From Campylobacteraceae bacterium (GTDB taxonomy: Bacteria; Campylobacterota; Campylobacteria; Campylobacterales; Sulfurospirillaceae): a stretch of 36,372 nt of DNA. The stretch spans positions 1-36,372 of the forward strand of contig JALUXQ010000192.1 in assembly GCA_027013265.1 (NCBI GenBank). Reading direction: 5' to 3'. The notes beneath the pieces are model-generated. The model was given only the letters and a program-made list of their open reading frames with translations, did not search any database and was not told the origin of the DNA. A program made the position numbers and the translations under genes. Shown here piece by piece: positions 31,810 to 36,372 of the stretch (within the stretch, counting starts at the first letter, position 1; every line of letters starts with the position of its first letter).

Positions 31810-33012
31810 CTATCTGTCTAATTTATATGCATCATGAAGTGCACGAACGGCAAGCTCACCATATTTTTCATTGATAATCATGGAGACTTTGATTTCGCTT
31901 GTGCTTATCATCTCTATATTGATACTCTCATCAGCAAGTGTGTCAAATGCTGTACAGGCAACACCACTGTGTGACTTCATACCGACACCCACAACAGAAA
32001 CTTTTACGATATTTTTATCAAACTCTACGCTTTGTGAAGCACCTATGGCTTCCATAGCGTCTCTTGTCATGTCAAGCTCATCTTGGTGGATAGTAAATCC
32101 TAAATTTGTAGAGCCATCCACACCAACATTTTGTATAATCATATCAACATTAATACCCTCGGATGCTAGTTTTCTAAAAATCTCAGCAGCGATTCCTGGT
32201 TTGTCGCTGACTCCTCTTAGGGTAACTCTAGCTTGGTCTTTATCTATAACAATTCCACTCACCAATGGTTTTTCCATGATATCCTCTTCTTTTAAAATAT
32301 ATGTGCCTTCATTATCATTGAAGCTACTTCTTGTGACCAAATTCACACTCAATTTTTTAGCAAGTTCAACTGATCTTGTCTGTAAGACTTTTGCCCCCAA
32401 ACTCGCAAGCTCTAGCATCTCATCGTAGCTAATTCTATCTAGTTTTTTTGCCTTTGGTTCAATTCTAGGATCAGTCGTATAGATACCATCAACATCAGTA
32501 TAAATTTCACAAATATCTGCATTCAGTGCTCCTGCAATCGCCACGGCACTTAAGTCGCTTCCACCTCGACCAAGAGTGGAGACTTCACCAACTTCGGTGA
32601 TACCTTGAAATCCAGCAACAACTACAATCTTGCCATCTCCCAACTCACGCTCCATAGATTTGATATTTATATGCTCTATCCTTGCTTGCGTATGTTTTTT
32701 ATTTGTGACTATTCCAGCTTGTCTGCCACTAAGGGCTGTTGACTCATAACCCATCTCTGTAAGAGCGATAGCTAAAAGTGCACTTGTAACTCTCTCGCCT
32801 GAACTAAGCAGTAGATCCATCTCTCTTTTTTTTGGATTCTGACTAAACTCTCCTGCTAACTTTAGCAACTTATTTGTCTCTCCACTCATAGCAGAAACCA
32901 CAACTACTATGTCATCTCCTGACTCTTTTCTCTTTGCAACTCTTTTTGCAACCTCTTTTATTCTTTCGACACTACCAACACTAGTACCGCCATACTTCTG
33001 CACAACAAGCAT
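31810..33012 (-). CDS. lysC: Aspartate kinase
   Basis: VQKYGGTSVG, VVVSAM, TLGRGGSD, TDVDG, two ACT domains. Confidence 0.98.
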   Translation of the reverse strand: MLVVQKYGGTSVGSVERIKEVAKRVAKRKESGDDIVVVVSAMSGETNKLLKLAGEFSQNPKKREMDLLLSSGERVTSALLAIALTEMGYESTALSGRQAGIVTNKKHTQARIEHINIKSMERELGDGKIVVVAGFQGITEVGEVSTLGRGGSDLSAVAIAGALNADICEIYTDVDGIYTTDPRIEPKAKKLDRISYDEMLELASLGAKVLQTRSVELAKKLSVNLVTRSSFNDNEGTYILKEEDIMEKPLVSGIVIDKDQARVTLRGVSDKPGIAAEIFRKLASEGINVDMIIQNVGVDGSTNLGFTIHQDELDMTRDAMEAIGASQSVEFDKNIVKVSVVGVGMKSHSGVACTAFDTLADESINIEMISTSEIKVSMIINEKYGELAVRALHDAYKLDR

Positions 33013-33013
33013 T

Positions 33014-33484
33014 TTACAAATAGCCCTCTTTCTTAAAATAATTAATAACTTTCTGATAAGCTGGTCGTTTAAAATATGTAACTAGCTCAAATATATCTTT
33101 TCGTTTCACGAACTTATAAGCATCAAACTCTGGATGCTTAGTATCTAAATTTATCTTTGTATCATCTTTTAATTTAACCAAAAAATAGCTCTGCCTCTGC
33201 CCATCAAACGGATACATTTTTTTGGCTATTGTTTTTGGAAAATCATAACTAATCTCTTCAGGATATTTTGACAATATCTCTATCTCATTGGTGCCTATTT
33301 CCTCTTTTAACTCTCTAAAAAGTGCTGTTTTTGCACTCTCTCCCTCGTCGATGCCACCCTGTGGAAATTGCCAAACATTGTCCATGTCATCTCTTCTTGC
33401 GATAAAAAACTCACAAACCAAAGGGTATCTGCTTGATAGTATCACTGCTGCCACATTTGGTCTGTATTTTTTTATTTCTGACAT
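33014..33484 (-). CDS. rppH: RNA pyrophosphohydrolase RppH (Nudix)
   Basis: YRPNV, WQFPQGGIDEGE....ALFRELKEEIG Nudix box, GQRQ.YF. Confidence 0.95.
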   Translation of the reverse strand: MSEIKKYRPNVAAVILSSRYPLVCEFFIARRDDMDNVWQFPQGGIDEGESAKTALFRELKEEIGTNEIEILSKYPEEISYDFPKTIAKKMYPFDGQRQSYFLVKLKDDTKINLDTKHPEFDAYKFVKRKDIFELVTYFKRPAYQKVINYFKKEGYL

Positions 33485-33548
33485 GTTTACTTTCCGCTGT
33501 GTTATTTTAGATAAAATAATACCAAAAAAGTGATTACTAAGGACTTAA

Positions 33549-34604
33549 ATGCTCATATACCTGCATATACCATTTTGTGACAGCTTGTGCCACTACTGTG
33601 CTTTTAACTCTTATGTAGATAAATTTGATTTGAAACCCTCCTACATGCACTCCTGCATCAAGCAGTTAAAGTCTGAATTATCTCTATTTAAACCAGATAA
33701 AAACTCTATAAAATCACTCTTTATAGGCGGAGGAACTCCCTCTAGCATAAAAACTGAACTCTACATACCTTTTTTTGATCTTATTAAGCCATATCTGAAA
33801 GATGATGCCGAAATAACCACAGAGGCAAATCCAAACTCTGCAACACCTTTGTGGCTAGAGGGTATGAAAAAAATGGGAGTAAATAGAATCAGCTTTGGAG
33901 TGCAAAGTTTTGATGAAAAAAAACTAAAATTCTTAGGAAGAAATCACAATAAAACACAAGCAATTAAAGCTATAACAAAAGCAAGCGAAGTTGGATTTGA
34001 AAATATCTCACTTGATTTGATATACGGCACTAGCATGGACACAAAGGAGTTGCTAATAGAAGATTTGAAGATTGCAAAGAGTTTGCCGATAAATCATATC
34101 AGTGCATATTCACTCACGATAGAAGAAAATACACCGTTTCACAAAACCCCAAAAGTCGCAGTTGACTCGATAGAACTTGCCACATTTTTTACAAATTTGA
34201 TAGAAAAAAGCGGTTTCCCTCAATATGAGATATCAAACTTTGGAGTCTATAATAGCATACACAATCTTGGGTATTGGGAATATGATGACTATATAGGAGT
34301 TGGTGCAGGAGCTGTTGGTTTTTTTAAAGACAGAAGATTTTATCCGCCTAAAAAGATAGAGGGGTATATAAAAAATCCAACACTAAAAGAGACAGAATTT
34401 CTAAAAACTAGGGAGATGCATATAGAGAAAATCTTCCTTGGACTCAGAAGTAAAATCGGTGTAAAACTTAGCGAGTTCAACAAAAAAGAGCTAGAAAATA
34501 TAGAGACATTAACAAAAAGTGGTAAAATAGAAATCAAACACAATAAAATCCACAATACAAACTATCTCTTAAGCGACGAAATAGCTCTTTTTATCACTAA
34601 CTAG
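33549..34604 (+). CDS. hemW: Radical SAM heme chaperone HemW (HemN-like)
   Basis: YLHIPFC...CHYCAFN (CxxxCxxC), GGGTPS, EANP, YEISNF, HN..YW. Confidence 0.88.
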   Translation: MLIYLHIPFCDSLCHYCAFNSYVDKFDLKPSYMHSCIKQLKSELSLFKPDKNSIKSLFIGGGTPSSIKTELYIPFFDLIKPYLKDDAEITTEANPNSATPLWLEGMKKMGVNRISFGVQSFDEKKLKFLGRNHNKTQAIKAITKASEVGFENISLDLIYGTSMDTKELLIEDLKIAKSLPINHISAYSLTIEENTPFHKTPKVAVDSIELATFFTNLIEKSGFPQYEISNFGVYNSIHNLGYWEYDDYIGVGAGAVGFFKDRRFYPPKKIEGYIKNPTLKETEFLKTREMHIEKIFLGLRSKIGVKLSEFNKKELENIETLTKSGKIEIKHNKIHNTNYLLSDEIALFITN

Positions 34605-34656
34605 TTTGCAGTTACTCTAATATTTATTTTTCCTTATCAGAACTGCAATGCAATCT

Positions 34657-35586
34657 CTATATTGCAACAAGTCTAATGATAGTCTTCGATATATCTTTAT
34701 TTGGGGCACCAGCAACCCTATAATCGTCAAAACCCAAATTTTTTGCTATCTCTCTATACTCAATGTCAAGTTCAAATTTTGTTTCTGAATTATCAATCAA
34801 AAAGGCTATAGGATAGATTATCACTTTTGGCTTTTTGAGTTTTTTAAGTTTTTCATCAAGATATGGTTTTATCCACTCAATCGGACCAAGTCTTGATTGG
34901 TATGCAAGATGAGTTTTGTAAAAAAAGATATTTTGCGCTATAAGCTCCTGCCTTGCTCGAAAGACATTTTGTTTGATTTGATACATGTAGGGGTCACCAT
35001 TGTCTATGATTTTTTGCGGCAAACCATGAGCTGAAAATACAAGTTCAAACTCACTTGCATCATCCTTTCCTAAAGCCTCTTTTATCTTTTGTACGACAGT
35101 TTTGTTATAAATTTTATCATCATAATATTTCTCAATAACTCTAAATTTATCTCTTGAAATTCCTAATTTTTTGGCATTTTCAAATAAATCATCAAGAGAA
35201 GATTTGGTTGTAGTACTTGAAAAATGAGGATACAAAGGCACTACATAAAATCTATCAAAATCCTTGATTTCACCCAAAACTTCTCGAGCATTTGGTGGAG
35301 TATATCGCATTATGTATCGAACATCTATCTTTAACTCCTTTTTTAGCACCTCTACCAACTCTTTTGTAAACCCAACTATCGGAGATTTACCACCTATTGC
35401 TTCATAATTTTTTGTAGCCTCTTTTAGCCTACTCTTTACTATGTAATAAGCTATCATTTTTCTTATAAATTTTGGTGCACCGATTATCGCTTTATCATTA
35501 AACATATTGTTTAAAAAGAGTTTTACCTCTGATAGATTGTTTGGTCCGCCCATATTTAGTAAAAGCAGAGAAGTCTTCATATCCAT
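34657..35586 (-). CDS. hemH: Ferrochelatase
   Basis: LLLNMGGP, IGGKSP, MRY..P, PLYPHFSSTT, FSAHGLP, GDPY, QSRLGP..W. Confidence 0.96.
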   Translation of the reverse strand: MDMKTSLLLLNMGGPNNLSEVKLFLNNMFNDKAIIGAPKFIRKMIAYYIVKSRLKEATKNYEAIGGKSPIVGFTKELVEVLKKELKIDVRYIMRYTPPNAREVLGEIKDFDRFYVVPLYPHFSSTTTKSSLDDLFENAKKLGISRDKFRVIEKYYDDKIYNKTVVQKIKEALGKDDASEFELVFSAHGLPQKIIDNGDPYMYQIKQNVFRARQELIAQNIFFYKTHLAYQSRLGPIEWIKPYLDEKLKKLKKPKVIIYPIAFLIDNSETKFELDIEYREIAKNLGFDDYRVAGAPNKDISKTIIRLVAI

Positions 35587-35664
35587 TTTATCCCTATAAA
35601 GTTTTCCAACATTATACTATATTTATCTTTCTTTGATTAAAAATAGGATATAATCCTCTTCTTT

Positions 35665-35702
35665 AACTGACCTTTACGCACTACAATAGGCAAAGTTCAG
35701 TT
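35665..35702. repeat. 38-bp truncated relative of the 24467-24584 element
   Basis: AACTGACCTTTACGCACTACAATAGGCAAAGTTCAGTT matches the element's left ~33 nt joined to its right terminus TCAGTT. Confidence 0.75.
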
Positions 35703-35727
35703 ATTTAAACTTACTTAAGGTGTAAAT

Positions 35728-36123
35728 ATGTTTGGTATGGGTTTTAGTGAGTTACTTTTGATAGGGGTTATAGCCATTCTTTTTTTGGGTCCTGATAAAC
35801 TGCCTGAAGCTATGGTGCAAATAGCAAAATTTTTTAAAAGCTTTAAAAGTAGTATAAATGAAGCAAAATCTTCGATTGAGCAAGAGATAAAAATGAGTGA
35901 ATTAAAAGAGGAGGCGCTAGAGTACAAAAAACAGCTTACATCCACTGCTAATAGCGTCAAGAAACAGCTCTCAGTCGATGAATTAGAAGAGATAAAGAGT
36001 AGTACAAAAGATATTAGCGAATCCATAAAAGATTTAAAAAATGATGCATTAGAGACAAAAAAAATCATACAAAACCCTATGAATAAAGATAGTATAATCA
36101 CAAATGATAAGGAAGATATTTAA
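35728..36123 (+). CDS. tatB: Twin-arginine translocase subunit TatB
   Basis: MFGMGFSELLLIGVIAILFLGPDKLP followed by an amphipathic helix; AAGG RBS. Confidence 0.95.
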   Translation: MFGMGFSELLLIGVIAILFLGPDKLPEAMVQIAKFFKSFKSSINEAKSSIEQEIKMSELKEEALEYKKQLTSTANSVKKQLSVDELEEIKSSTKDISESIKDLKNDALETKKIIQNPMNKDSIITNDKEDI

Positions 36124-36372
36124 TGTTTGATGAATTAAGACCACATTTGGCTGAACTTAGAAAAAGACTTGGCATCTCTCTAGCTGCGATATTTATCCTA
36201 TTTTTTGTCTGCTTCTCCTTTTGGGAGCCATTGTTGGCATGGATGATTGCTCCACTTAATGGTGTTTTGCCTGATGGCTCACATGTGATTTTTACCAAAG
36301 TTCAAGAGCCTTTTTTTACAGCCATCAAAGTATCTTTTTTTGCTGCATTAATGCTTTCATTGCCTATAATAT
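36123..36372 (+). CDS. tatC: Twin-arginine translocase subunit TatC, 5' part (partial)
   Basis: ATG overlaps the tatB stop; reads MFDELRPHLAELRKRL...QEPFFTAIKVSFF. Not in the ORF track. Confidence 0.95.
   Translation, partial: MFDELRPHLAELRKRLGISLAAIFILFFVCFSFWEPLLAWMIAPLNGVLPDGSHVIFTKVQEPFFTAIKVSFFAALMLSLPII

Noticed and set aside
33549-34604. Calling the radical SAM gene a true coproporphyrinogen dehydrogenase HemN
   Set aside because: It is short (351 aa), lacks the HemN N-terminal extension, and has the HN..YW motif typical of HemW.

Overview
AT-rich chromosomal window from a Campylobacterota (epsilonproteobacterial) organism. The assignment rests on hobA, the rpsO/rrf2-flhA block, the short HrcA and Campylobacter-like gene order. 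It is mostly core genome: (1) argG end, rhodanese, rplI, hslVU, era; (2) a contiguous 9-gene type IV pilus/T2SS-like operon in MSHA order (mshIJKLMN-x-EG) that includes the Campylobacter Cts competence homologues; (3) sigma54-driven flgH, a hypothetical gene, dsbD and hrcA-grpE-dnaK with a CIRCE plus two HAIR-like operators; (4) a small XRE regulator, rpsO, rrf2-flhA, a DHH phosphoesterase and an acidic protein; (5) the rppH-lysC-hobA-holB-folP-TSUP-ligA-tlyA-ribF-cmoA operon; (6) hemW, hemH, tatB and partial tatC. I saw no tRNA, rRNA, CRISPR array, transposase or prophage. The most unusual item is a 118-bp non-coding structured element (24467-24584). It has terminal inverted repeats and three internal hairpins, its two ends supply the stop codons of two convergent genes, and a 38-bp internally deleted relative lies in the tatB leader (35665-35702). 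All calls come from reading motifs by eye; no database search was run.
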